Notes under the pieces: model-generated
What the model was told of the DNA's origin: nothing
The model's input: the letters and a program-made list of their open reading frames with translations, nothing else
Databases searched by the model: none
In this document: positions 53,261 through 64,000 of the stretch, one piece after another
How the letters are laid out: each line of letters opens with the position of its first letter
How positions within the stretch are numbered: the first letter of the stretch is position 1
Made by a program: the position numbers and the translations under genes
Origin: a virus
Taxonomy: Duplodnaviria; Caudoviricetes
IMG/VR virus record: IMGVR_UViG_3300014047_000002
Location: 1 to 64,000 of that record
Strand: one strand, 5' to 3'
Length of the DNA stretch: 64,000 nucleotides

Positions 53261-54577
53261 TTAATCACCCCCATCTGCTGCTTTAATATTAATCTTAGGT
53301 ATCATCATATGCTTAATTACACAAGTATCTGTAATTAAGTTTTTAATTTCATCTGTATCTTTATAAGCCATCGGTGACTCATCGATAGTACCTTTGCAAA
53401 CAGTTGTAGAATATACATTTATCATAGATTCTTTATATTCTTCCATTGAAATATTCTGCTTAGCCTTAGAGCGGGACATTTTTCTTCCGGCACCATGTGC
53501 ACATGAATTTAGCCATTCTGAATTTGAAAGACCTTCACAAATTGCAATACCATCTCTCATATTAAATGGTACCAGCATTTCCTCACCTTCATATGCTCGT
53601 ATTGCAGACTTTCTTAAAATATGGTCATGAAGATCAATAAAATTATGAGTGGATGTAATTGTTCTTATCTCTTTAATTCCATATTTAATAAGAATGTCCT
53701 TAATTATCTTTTGCACAGTCATATGATTATATTGTGCATAAAGCTGTGCAAAACACATATCACAAAGATAGCCTTTCATATATTCTCCTGAAAGATAACC
53801 ATTAATATGATTTACAGAAAGTCCTTTAATAAATTCTTCTTTAGCTTTTTGAAATTCCTTGTTATTAGAATGTGTTTTCTTATATTCCTGTTTAAAATTC
53901 TTTAATGCTTCTTTCATCTCTTCCTTTGGCATAGGCTGATTTGCTTTTTGCATCCAATATTTACAAACCTTTACACCAAAATTACGAGATCCAAAATGTA
54001 ATGTTACTCCTGCTAAATCATCCTCTGTAGATTCGTCATATTCAATAAAATGATTACCTCCACCTACTGTTCCTAATGATTTATAAAAAGTGCCTTCATC
54101 CATATTCAACCTCTTAAGCTGCTCAGTAATCCATTTTTCTGTTACTTGATCCGGAAGATTCATCAGCATTTCAGGCCAGAAATTACGATATTTGTTAAAT
54201 CCTTGAGTAAGAAATTGTCTAAACTGTCTTTCATCAATAATTACATGATCATTAAGTTCAAAGCCAAATGGAACATTATTTTTTATACGATGTTCAAATT
54301 CAGAATATTTAACCTTTGGAACTTTCTTATCCAATATCATCATTGATACAGTACATCCAATATCAACACCAATATGTTCTGGACAAATATAATCGCCAAT
54401 AGTTGTAACTAATCCACATGGACCTGATGGTCCTACATGTACATCTGGCATACATACAACAGTTTGATTAGCAAATGCTGGACAATTAATTATATCATAT
54501 ACTTGTCCATATACATCTGCCTCTATAGTATCAGCAAATATTTTTGCTGTTGTATATTTTCCTGTTAACTCTATCAT
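53261..54577 (-). CDS. rtcB: RtcB RNA ligase
   Basis: MPDVH, GVDIGC, GTVGGGNHFIE, HFGSRN, HN, RK, HGAGR.MSR, DESPMAYK. Confidence 0.95.
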   Translation of the reverse strand: MIELTGKYTTAKIFADTIEADVYGQVYDIINCPAFANQTVVCMPDVHVGPSGPCGLVTTIGDYICPEHIGVDIGCTVSMMILDKKVPKVKYSEFEHRIKNNVPFGFELNDHVIIDERQFRQFLTQGFNKYRNFWPEMLMNLPDQVTEKWITEQLKRLNMDEGTFYKSLGTVGGGNHFIEYDESTEDDLAGVTLHFGSRNFGVKVCKYWMQKANQPMPKEEMKEALKNFKQEYKKTHSNNKEFQKAKEEFIKGLSVNHINGYLSGEYMKGYLCDMCFAQLYAQYNHMTVQKIIKDILIKYGIKEIRTITSTHNFIDLHDHILRKSAIRAYEGEEMLVPFNMRDGIAICEGLSNSEWLNSCAHGAGRKMSRSKAKQNISMEEYKESMINVYSTTVCKGTIDESPMAYKDTDEIKNLITDTCVIKHMMIPKINIKAADGGD

Positions 54578-55026
54578 TTTTTATATAATCTCTTAAATTG
54601 CTCCAATTCTTTAATAGTTGCATTTTTTCTACTATTAAGATTTGATATTTCTTTATCAATATCATTAATACTATCATTAATATCATTTATGGCCATATTT
54701 ATTACACTATCTTTATTAGTTCCAATAATATAACCATCGTAATATACAATAGATTTATTTTTTGACTCTAAAGTATTTCCACTATGACATGTACCAAAAT
54801 TAATAGCTTTTATTTTATTACTATTTAATGAAATATAATAACATCCTCTTGCCATATGCCACGGACGTGATACTTTTATTTCTAATATATCATTTCTTTT
54901 CAAAAAATAAAGAATATCACCATCTTTAATATCTACAAATCGTTTATCACCATCAACATATTTTGTAGGACTATAATAATTATTATAATATGTTGCATAA
55001 CAATCATAAAATAAACTACTACTCAT
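54574..55026 (-). CDS. Hypothetical protein
   Basis: Intact ORF. Confidence 0.6.
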   Translation of the reverse strand: MSSSLFYDCYATYYNNYYSPTKYVDGDKRFVDIKDGDILYFLKRNDILEIKVSRPWHMARGCYYISLNSNKIKAINFGTCHSGNTLESKNKSIVYYDGYIIGTNKDSVINMAINDINDSINDIDKEISNLNSRKNATIKELEQFKRLYKK

Positions 55027-55037
55027 ATTTTAAATCT

Positions 55038-55487
55038 TTATAATTCTTCGATTTTTAATCTTACTGTCATTGCACGTCTATCACCCTTTCTGAATTCATA
55101 TTCATTAGTTTCATAATTCAATTGATCATACTCCCAAAATCGTTGAGAATCTGGACCATAAGGAAAACAAATAGCGTACAATTTAATATTTCTCCATATT
55201 ATTGAAATTTTTAAATTATTCTTTTCAAATCCATCAATAAATCCAAAATAATCTATTGAATTTTCATCATAATCAGAATCTTTATTCATAAGATCCTTAA
55301 TTATTACATCTTCTTCTATTATTGTACATTTTACCCTGATAACCTGCTCAGGTGATCTACCATATAGATTGGCAAATTTTTTATCTATGCCAAAGCTATC
55401 ATATACCATTTCACCCGTCTTGATATGTTTATGCTTTGCACAATTTATCTCAAAAGATGTGCCAACTTTATAATCATTAATTGTCAT
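55038..55487 (-). CDS. Hypothetical protein
   Basis: Intact ORF. Confidence 0.6.
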   Translation of the reverse strand: MTINDYKVGTSFEINCAKHKHIKTGEMVYDSFGIDKKFANLYGRSPEQVIRVKCTIIEEDVIIKDLMNKDSDYDENSIDYFGFIDGFEKNNLKISIIWRNIKLYAICFPYGPDSQRFWEYDQLNYETNEYEFRKGDRRAMTVRLKIEEL

Positions 55488-55582
55488 TTAATATTTTATA
55501 ATCAGTATTTTTAGGATAACTGTCTATTATTCCAAATAAATTAATAAAATTATAATACTCTATTAATTTTTTAATATCAATA

Positions 55583-56161
55583 TTAATATCTTTTAGTTCC
55601 ATCTTGACATAAATCATTATATTGTTTTAGTTCTTCACATTTATTTGGTAAATTATGACATTTTAATAAATGTTGAAAGCGTAATTCAAAATTTAATGCC
55701 ATCGGATTCTGAAACCATTTTCTATTTAATACTTTTATTGCACGTATTGCTTCTGTTTCTGTAATACCATCTTCATAATTAGTTTGTACAAAATGGTATA
55801 ACTGAGAATCCCACATATCACCATCATCATCAATTATAACATAGTTATCAATTTCTGAATGATTATTAAGATACTGCTGGATTTCCCCACCTCTACCATT
55901 ACCTAAACCTACCCATGGTGTTACATCATAAAGGTTATCAATTAACCAATATAGCATTTTATTCCTTGGACATCTTTTTTCTTTATAAACCATACTTTTT
56001 CTAGTTTCTTCAACAGTCTGCATACGCCAAGAAGATGAAACAACAATTTTTGCTGCTGTTTCATCTACTATCCTCTTAATCAATTTTATTTTATCTGCTT
56101 TAAGATACCATTTTGGAGGAATTGTAATAACGCCATCGAAATCTAGAAATATTACTTTCAT
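55583..56161 (-). CDS. HAD phosphatase, Swiss-army-knife RNA-repair type
   Basis: IFLDFDGV, IVVSSSWR, RGGEI, YVIIDD. Confidence 0.85.
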   Translation of the reverse strand: MKVIFLDFDGVITIPPKWYLKADKIKLIKRIVDETAAKIVVSSSWRMQTVEETRKSMVYKEKRCPRNKMLYWLIDNLYDVTPWVGLGNGRGGEIQQYLNNHSEIDNYVIIDDDGDMWDSQLYHFVQTNYEDGITETEAIRAIKVLNRKWFQNPMALNFELRFQHLLKCHNLPNKCEELKQYNDLCQDGTKRY

Positions 56162-56397
56162 AAAGTTAAAATAGTATTTACAAGCTGCTTACGCTCTTCA
56201 ACAAGTTCATTTAGTTGTTCATCCAATTTCTTCAATTTTTTATTTAATCGTTGGCGTAAGTATTCTTTTGCGTCTTTTTCATTTTCAAATGTCCACGGTT
56301 TTGCATATTCATAGTATGATGAGTTAGGATCCAAAAATACTTCATTAATTTCTACTTTTTGGACATTTACTTGAAAAAATTTCTTTTTCTTTTCCAT
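56158..56397 (-). CDS. Hypothetical protein
   Basis: Intact ORF. Confidence 0.55.
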   Translation of the reverse strand: MEKKKKFFQVNVQKVEINEVFLDPNSSYYEYAKPWTFENEKDAKEYLRQRLNKKLKKLDEQLNELVEERKQLVNTILTL

Positions 56398-56398
56398 T

Positions 56399-56800
56399 TT
56401 ATAAAATTATACTTAATATAATAATGATAAAAGTTATAAATATTTGAATAAAATGTATTAACTGATCTTCTACAAGATTCAATTCAAACTTATTCGCTTT
56501 TAAATCATCTACATATGCATGTACTAAACCGTTTATAATAATACATCCTATTAATGCAATACATGATACTGTTGGTACCAAAAACATAACTGGTAACATT
56601 ATCATAATACTCCAAGAGAATGCATGTATTATCAAAGCGGCAATATAATCATTCTTATACTTTTCTATATCAACGTTTGCATCTTTACATAAGCGCTCCC
56701 AATAATTCTTTTGTTTTAAATTACTGAGACATACCGGTTGAAATACAAAATCATCAATAATATGGCATAAAACCATTAATAAAAATACTTTCAAAAACAT
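56399..56800 (-). CDS. DUF3307-like membrane protein
   Basis: H.IDDF.FQ, H..VD..K, DQLIH. Confidence 0.75.
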   Translation of the reverse strand: MFLKVFLLMVLCHIIDDFVFQPVCLSNLKQKNYWERLCKDANVDIEKYKNDYIAALIIHAFSWSIMIMLPVMFLVPTVSCIALIGCIIINGLVHAYVDDLKANKFELNLVEDQLIHFIQIFITFIIIILSIIL

Positions 56801-56921
56801 ACAATATTCATTAAATTTGTATAATTAATCTTTAGATTATTATAAAAAAATAATAATTGTCTAAAATACAATTACATATTAACAAAATTTAATAAATATT
56901 ATAAAGGTAAATTTATACAAA

Positions 56922-57176
56922 ATGATGTTGGTTGTCGAACTAATGTAGAATTTTATATATATTGTGCAAGGATACAGTATATGGCTTTACAACAAGATTA
57001 CTGGTAAGTCTTCGGAAATCGCTAAAAAACGCCTTGATATTTGTAATAAATGTGAACATAATAAAAATGGAGTTTGTGAAATTTGTGGTTGCATATTAAA
57101 AGCCAAAGTCAGAGCAATCTATCCTATTGATGATTTTGGCATAAGTATAGAAGGTTGTCCAGAACGAAAGTGGTAA
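56922..57176 (+). CDS. Small Cys-rich protein (DUF6171-like); start uncertain
   Basis: RLDICNKC...CEICGC...K...CP..KW. Confidence 0.6.
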
Positions 57177-57279
57177 AGGAAATTTAGAAGAAATAGAGAA
57201 TGCATATTAATTAGATATGCATTCTTTTTATACTTTAAATTATATCATACAATAAATATTAAAATATTAATTTACCATA

Positions 57280-57822
57280 ATGACACATAATAATAAAGTT
57301 CTTTATGAAAATATAATAAATGGTTTATCTAAAAATTTATTAAAATGTATAAATGAATCACAAATAGATTTATTATTAGATACAGAAAAAGAGATATTAG
57401 ATAATAAAGATTTTCAAAATTGGTTTAAAAATTCTAAATGTGTAGATGAGGATAACATGACGCCATTAGTGCTTTTTTATGGTGGTGAAATTGGTTCTAC
57501 TGATAACTATTGGTTTTCTGATAGTAATATTGTAGCTAAATATTTTGGTGCTGATAATAGAAACCGTTTTAGAAAAACACGTTTTCATAAAGCATTTATT
57601 AAAATGTTAAATCCATTAATTATTGATTGGGGATATGATGCATGGTCATTTCATTATGATGATAATGATAATATTGTTGATACAGAAACAATGGCAGTAA
57701 CAGCAAAAGAAAAAGGCTATGATGGATTAATTATTAAAAATGTATATGAAGGTGAAAATGAACAATATTTATGTGATGATTATGTAGTATTTAATGATAA
57801 ACAAATTTATTGGATAAAATAA
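57280..57822 (+). CDS. ADP-ribosyltransferase-like (ART-PolyVal type) protein with INES leader
   Basis: FQNWFKNSK..D...PLV, WFSD...A..F, NPL, GYDGLII, YVVF...QI. Confidence 0.6.
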   Translation: MTHNNKVLYENIINGLSKNLLKCINESQIDLLLDTEKEILDNKDFQNWFKNSKCVDEDNMTPLVLFYGGEIGSTDNYWFSDSNIVAKYFGADNRNRFRKTRFHKAFIKMLNPLIIDWGYDAWSFHYDDNDNIVDTETMAVTAKEKGYDGLIIKNVYEGENEQYLCDDYVVFNDKQIYWIK

Positions 57823-58079
57823 ATTTGATATTTTTAAACTTCATCTATCAATTATTATTTAAATTTTGTATAAATTATACTTTTTCACAAAATTTAACTA
57901 AACAAATGCAAACTTTTTTCTTTGGTGTTGTATAATTCATATGAGCTTTGCGAATGTGAAAAAATATTTTTATATTATATCCTAAATAACTTTTTTGTAA
58001 AAATATAATTTTATTCTTTTCTCATTTTACTATATAAAAATTATGCTTATAAATAATAAAATATTATATAGTTTTATAC

Positions 58080-58997
58080 ATGATTAATTATCTTTAGAAT
58101 ATTTCTGGTAAGACCCCTATTAGTATGCTTCCAGAAGTTATTAACCATAATAATGAAGCAATAGAATCTGAATTTAATTGGATTTATGATTCTTCTACAA
58201 ATAGATTAACGAAATCTGTGTATGCTCCTACAGGAAGTGTTAAAGCACATTTTGGTGAATTTGTTAATCTTGCAGCAGAATATATTACTGTTAAAAATAT
58301 AGATTCTTTAAAAAGTGCATTAAAGAGTGCAGTTTAGAAGATGGAACATAATACATTTTCTGATTGCTGGTCATCTGATGCAATACAGCAGGCATATGAA
58401 ACTGCTAATAATGAATTAGTATTATGTCACGATGCATCTGTTATAGCATATAAACAATCAAATGTTTATCAAACATTGGCAAGTTTATAGTCAGATGTTA
58501 ATCAATTAAAGCAAACAGTACAAGCATTAAATAACCCGCAAAATAATGTTTATAGTGCAGGTAATATATTAGATGATAATACATATGAAAATGATAATAC
58601 AGTAACATATGATCGTAATTTATTATTCGCTTCACCTTTGCAATTAAAACGTAAAAAACTTCCAAAATTACATTTTAATGATTTAACTTCAGGAAATTTA
58701 TATTCTTATTATACAGTTGTCAATGGTGAAGTAACTATTGATGATATTAATACTGCATGTATAGAAACAGAAAATATCGGATTGAATGTATTCATTAATT
58801 TTAATGATACTGATACAAATGATTATTATCGTATTTTATTAGATAGGAAGAATAAGAAATATGTAAAGATAAAAAAGAATCCTTTAAATATTTTGGAAAT
58901 CAGATCAGCTTCATATTCAGAAGAATATGGAACTGTATGGAAACTATATAATTATTCAGTTGTAAATCCAAGCGATATAATATTGGAAAATAAATAA
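58080..58997 (+). CDS. Putative virion protein, recoded
   Basis: Track ORFs in frame via TAG; TATAAATA upstream. Confidence 0.7.
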
Positions 58998-59016
58998 AAA
59001 AACATAATGTGAGTAT

Positions 59017-60990
59017 ATGGCAAATAGAAAAACTCCTCTAATAAAAGCATTAAGACATTTAGGTGATAATTATAGTTCTGGTGGAACAATGTATGTATTT
59101 CCATCAGCAAGTGAAGATATTGGGTTAAATCTTAATAGCAACGTTAATGGCGTAGCTTTATCACATTATGCTTTATTAAATATTCCACCATTACCAAATA
59201 GTGCATATACAGAATCTCCTATAGTTTCAAATAATGCAGAAGGCGCGGCTAAATCTATAGCATTATCATTATAGAATTATATGATGAATTTTGAAACATT
59301 ATTATTAAACGATGAAAATTATAATTTAGCAGATTTGAATACTGTTACAGAAAAGGTATTCTGGCATTGGGCAAAGAAAGTAGGAATTATTAATATAAAG
59401 AACTATGATAAAGTAGAGGGATATGAAAATATCTATTATGATAAGAAATTTAATGCCGATCATAATAGATTCCAACAGGATGAAACAGTAGTAAAATGTT
59501 TTGGAAGTATTGATGCCGGTAATTCGCTTTCTAGCGATTTTGGTATGTTCAATGAAACTTATATAAACATACCAACAAGTTATGGTGCTGGACCAGTATT
59601 CTTTAAATCTTCTTATGATAATAATTATCGTTCAAAGCAATATCGTTCTTCTAATGGCGGTACTACATTAGAAGGTAGAGATTATGATACACAATATAAT
59701 TCGTATCTCGGTGATGAAACTCCGATGTATGATGGTAATAATGGGTATAATACTGTTTCTTCCGCAGCAAATGGCCCTGATGGCTTAGAAATAGTAAAAG
59801 ATATTGATACATTGCAACGTATTGCTCGTAGGCATTTTAGCCAATTAGAAGGAGCAGCAAAAGATACAGATGCTAATATTAATATAAGCAGTTATGATGA
59901 TATAAATGTAGATATTAATAATATATTTAATATTGATACGGAATTTGAATTTAATGCGATATTATTATATTATTCAATATATAATCAAGATGATAATATC
60001 AAAACACCTCAGGCTACTAACTTATTTGGTATTATTTTCTTAGATAGTCCGCGTATCAGTAATACAGAAGATGATACATTCCAAATACCAACGTTTAAAA
60101 AAGTAAAATCTACTTCAGAACGTTTTGGTAATAGTTATTCATTCCGTGTTAATATAAAGACATTATCTGTATATGATAATACAGATGCGATTATATAGGA
60201 TAATACCACAATGTCTTCTATGGCATCTATGGATTTCTCTGATGTAATATATTAGTTAAACCGTGCTATTGATATAATGAATACAAATGTAAATGCTACA
60301 TAGAAAATAACATCACAATATAATTCTATTATATCATTTTACGATTCATAGACACAGAAAATTGATGATATATCTACAGCATTACATTCATATCTTAATG
60401 GAACGCATACAGCATTTTTAGATACAAGTACATTATTTGTAAATACAATTAAAGTAAATTCTAAAAATACAAGTAATAATTTAGAATTTTATGTTATAGA
60501 CGTATCTGATAATACAGAGGATTTATATTATGGTAATCCTGTAATGACAATAGATAGTTCTGGTACACATACAGATTACTTATATACAGATACAATTTAT
60601 AATAGTAAGAATTTTATTATAGAGCAAGATACTACACCAAATGATGAGTTTGTATTAACAGATCCAAATACTGTAACATCATATACAAATGTTTTGGATT
60701 TATTATTTAATACGTCTACAAATCTTGTAGTAAAGGTAAAATAGGATAATAATTATTCTATAGAAAATGAAATATATCATTAGAAGATATATAATCAATT
60801 CTATGTTTCTAATAAGTCGAAAATATTTGAAAAAGCTGCAGATGATGCTGCAAATATTAATTACTTATTGAATAATAATGGAGTTAATTATGCAGGACTT
60901 GTACCAATGCTTATTGCATAGATTCAGCGTATGTGTATAGATATATCAACATTAAAAGCAGAAGTAGAAACATTAAAAAATAATGAATGA
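59017..60990 (+). CDS. Putative tail/baseplate protein with S74-chaperone-like C-terminus, recoded (~657 aa)
   Basis: Three track ORFs in frame; ends GVNYAGLVPMLIA(Q)IQ followed by coiled coil. Confidence 0.7.
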
Positions 60991-61003
60991 TTTTTAAGAG
61001 ATT

Positions 61004-63220
61004 ATGAATAATAAGAACGTAAATAGTTTTTCTGAGAATATGCGTAAGACTATTACTGCATAGACTAATATATTGTCATTATTGTCATCTATACAGAAAT
61101 CAATGACAAGTAATGATACATTTGTATAGTATGAACATGATGATATTAATGGAAATGATACGAAGGTATATGAATTGCCAAGTTATAATACAATCATTAA
61201 TAAACTTTCTGCTATTGAAAAATCTATTAGTAATATCAGCTCAGGCAAAGGTACAATAAATTTAACAGATGGAACACGTAGACAAATTAAATTAACAAAT
61301 ATTCCAGAAACTCCTGCTCAAATTACAGGATTAGAAGATCCATCTACATTTAAATTGGATACTAACTGGTTCTTTGAAGATTTAATGTTTCCTGGTGCAA
61401 CTGTACAAATTGATTTAACAGGCAAGATAGAAGATTCCGCTGATCGTGTAAGAGTTTCACGTGTCATATTAGATTCTCGTGAAACTGCTGCTCAAGAATT
61501 ATGGAATACAAATTTATCGGTGAATGCTTATGATTATATTTCTTTAAAGGCGTTATTAACATATAATAATGTTCGTTATTCTGAAGATATTGAAACTATT
61601 GAATTACCATTAGTCAGTAATACTGCTGCCGGCGAATTTTAGGTAGTAAAAGATCCAGAAATTATAAATGGTAATACATGGTATAAAGTAGATACTATTA
61701 ATTATTCAACAATCTCTTCAGATGGAGAGGGTGAATTTAAGAATAATATATTATCTGTTGGAGATGTACTTGCATATGAAAATACATTATATACAATACA
61801 GGAAATAGATTAGAATACTAATAAAATACGTATAAAAGTTATAAGTGGTACTGCAATACCCGGCTTATATACAATATTCAGATATTATCAGGATCCATTT
61901 AGAGATAAAACAATAAATGTAAGATTCGGAGCTAATGAATATAATATCATTTATATTAAAGGTGTAAATGAGGATTTTAATTTATTAAGTAATTCTTGGT
62001 CAACTCCTATTAAATTCTCCTCAAATGATTTGATATATGAAAATGATGGAAGTCAGAATTTCTTGAATTTTTATAATGCAAATATTGTTGACTGGGGTGC
62101 AAATATGATTGCAGACGCAAAACAACGTGCAATCAAAGCATATTATGGAACTATTCCAAATGCACCGGTACTTATAGGAAATGATTTACGTGTAGTGCAA
62201 ATTAATACACAGATTAATGCAGCTATTGATACAGCTGAAGTAAAGAAAACAGCAGCAGAGATAGAAACAGCAAAATCACAGATTAGTTCATTAAAAGCAA
62301 CTATTGCTTCTCAAAAGACAGAATTATAGAGTATCACAGAAATGGATAAGTATAATTCTATGCAGCAACAGATTGCAACGAATATGACAGATTTACAGAA
62401 TTTACAAGCAAGTTATTCAACACTTGTATCAAACTTAAAGAATATTGTAAAAGATAATCAGGCTGTTAATGTAAATCCTAAATATCATGTACGCGGTTTC
62501 TTTGCTATTCCTGAATATAAGTATAGAGATGCAGCACAAACAATTCCTGAAGAAATAATTGGATTTGAAATTGCATACAGATATATTTGTAATGATAATA
62601 CCGGTGTTAAATTAAATACATTTAATTATACAGATGTAACCGGCACATCACAAGTTACAGGTACATTTACTGACTGGTCAATTATGCAAGGTAAATTAAA
62701 GACTCGCGTATATAATAATGCAACAGGTTTATATGAATGGTCAACAGAAAATGTAGCAGATGGCACAGAAATTAATATTAACCAAATAGATATACCTATT
62801 ACAAAAGGTGAAAAAGTAGAAATAAAAGTACGTTCTATATCAGAAGCTGGTTATCCTGAGAATCCATTACGTTCTGTATGGTCAAATAGTGTTATTATTG
62901 AATTCCCTGACACATTATCAACAAATAATGAAATAGCAGATTTGATTACCGAAGTAAATGATGATGCAATGGAGATTGCAATTAATAATACATTAAATTC
63001 TATAGGTGTATAGGCACATATGGATGATTCTATTGCAAATACAAATTCAGTGAATGGTTTATACTATAAACATGAAGCAAAGAATATTTCATATGAGAAT
63101 GAAACAGATACAGGAATTGAATCAATAAGCATGCAAGATAAAATTAATGATATTGATAATCGATTATCATCATTAGAATAGACACTTAGAGCAATACAAG
63201 AAGAACTTCAAGCAAGATAA
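61004..63220 (+). CDS. Putative virion structural protein, recoded (~738 aa)
   Basis: Three track ORFs in frame via TAG; central coiled coil. Confidence 0.7.
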
Positions 63221-63225
63221 AAATA

Positions 63226-63258
63226 AATGCAGTACTAAAAATAAGGTACTGCATTTTT
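63226..63258 (+). terminator. Intrinsic terminator
   Basis: aaatgcagtac / gtactgcattt with T-tail. Confidence 0.7.
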
Positions 63259-63295
63259 AGTCTATAAATAATATAAGTTTAAATTTATAAATGTA

Positions 63296-64000
63296 ATGGC
63301 AGATAAAGTTAATTATAAGGCACTAATAAAGTTCTCAGAAACATCAAGAACTGCTATTTTAGACGTAAATGAATTATTTAATATTAGTACTAATGACATA
63401 TATAGTACAAATATAATATTTGATGAAAATAATGATTTATTTACACCAGAAGTTATATAGTTTTTAGAAACAAATGGATTTAGAATAAATGGACATCATA
63501 TTTTAAAAGATGGTGAATTTAATATTTATAAAAATGAAGATATTCCAGAAAGCTATATTACAGAGCATGCAGAAGAAACATATTTAAATAAAAAAATTAA
63601 TTATAGTATCTATACTTATAATACAGATATAGATGCTATATATACTTTGTCTTTTGATAAATTTAATTTACCTGATAATTTTTCTGAATTATATTTTACT
63701 TTCGATATATAGGTAAAAAGTGCAGAAAATAGTAATATTTTATCATTTCCTGTATCTGTTAATATTGTCAGTATTACTTCAAAATTATTACAGCTTTATA
63801 ACTATTAGGCTAATATAATTGGAGATGATACTGGAAGTTTTATGGTACTTAGGACAAATCCTAAACTTACTGGTAATATAAAGCTTGTTGTTACAGAGGA
63901 TTATAAATTATATTTAGATACATTTAAAGTTAGCAGTGCAAGTATTTTGAATGAACGAAAATATCGTCATCAATCAGTTGCTGCTAATGGTAATTATGCA
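63296..64000 (+). CDS. Putative virion protein, 5' part (truncated by window), recoded
   Basis: TATAAATA at 63263; frame open apart from TAGs. Confidence 0.6.

Overview
AT-rich segment of a jumbo/megaphage, most consistent with a Lak-like phage of Prevotella/Bacteroidota (inference from Bacteroidota-type TAnnTTTG promoters, a Bacteroidota-like EF-Tu, T4-like late promoters and a gp4-like gene). It uses an alternative genetic code: in-frame TAG reads as Gln, so the supplied ORF track fragments or misses many genes, which I rebuilt by hand. Contents: an NAD-dependent DNA ligase, six BspA/DUF285 repeat genes, DHFR, a nucleotidase, a metallophosphoesterase, EF-Tu, a DUF2828 (Ro60-like) vWA gene, a minus-strand tRNA/ncRNA region (~29.6-41.9 kb) with three free-standing endonucleases (a fourth follows EF-Tu), two glycosyltransferase-like genes, a head-completion nuclease, an MFS transporter, RtcB, a HAD phosphatase and the start of a virion gene block. 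Best leads: (1) three tRNAs (Ala, Thr, Asn) interrupted in the anticodon loop by a shared insert that ends in a mini-tRNA and is neither group I nor BHB; (2) a Ro60-like gene flanked by four Y-RNA-like units with an ACAGCAAA motif and tRNA-mimic cargo; (3) an attenuator whose leader ORF contains a TAG, upstream of a conserved protein plus a permuted-tRNA ncRNA; (4) a shared I-x-E/xFDF leader on late proteins that may target them to the capsid. All calls were made by eye; no searches were run.
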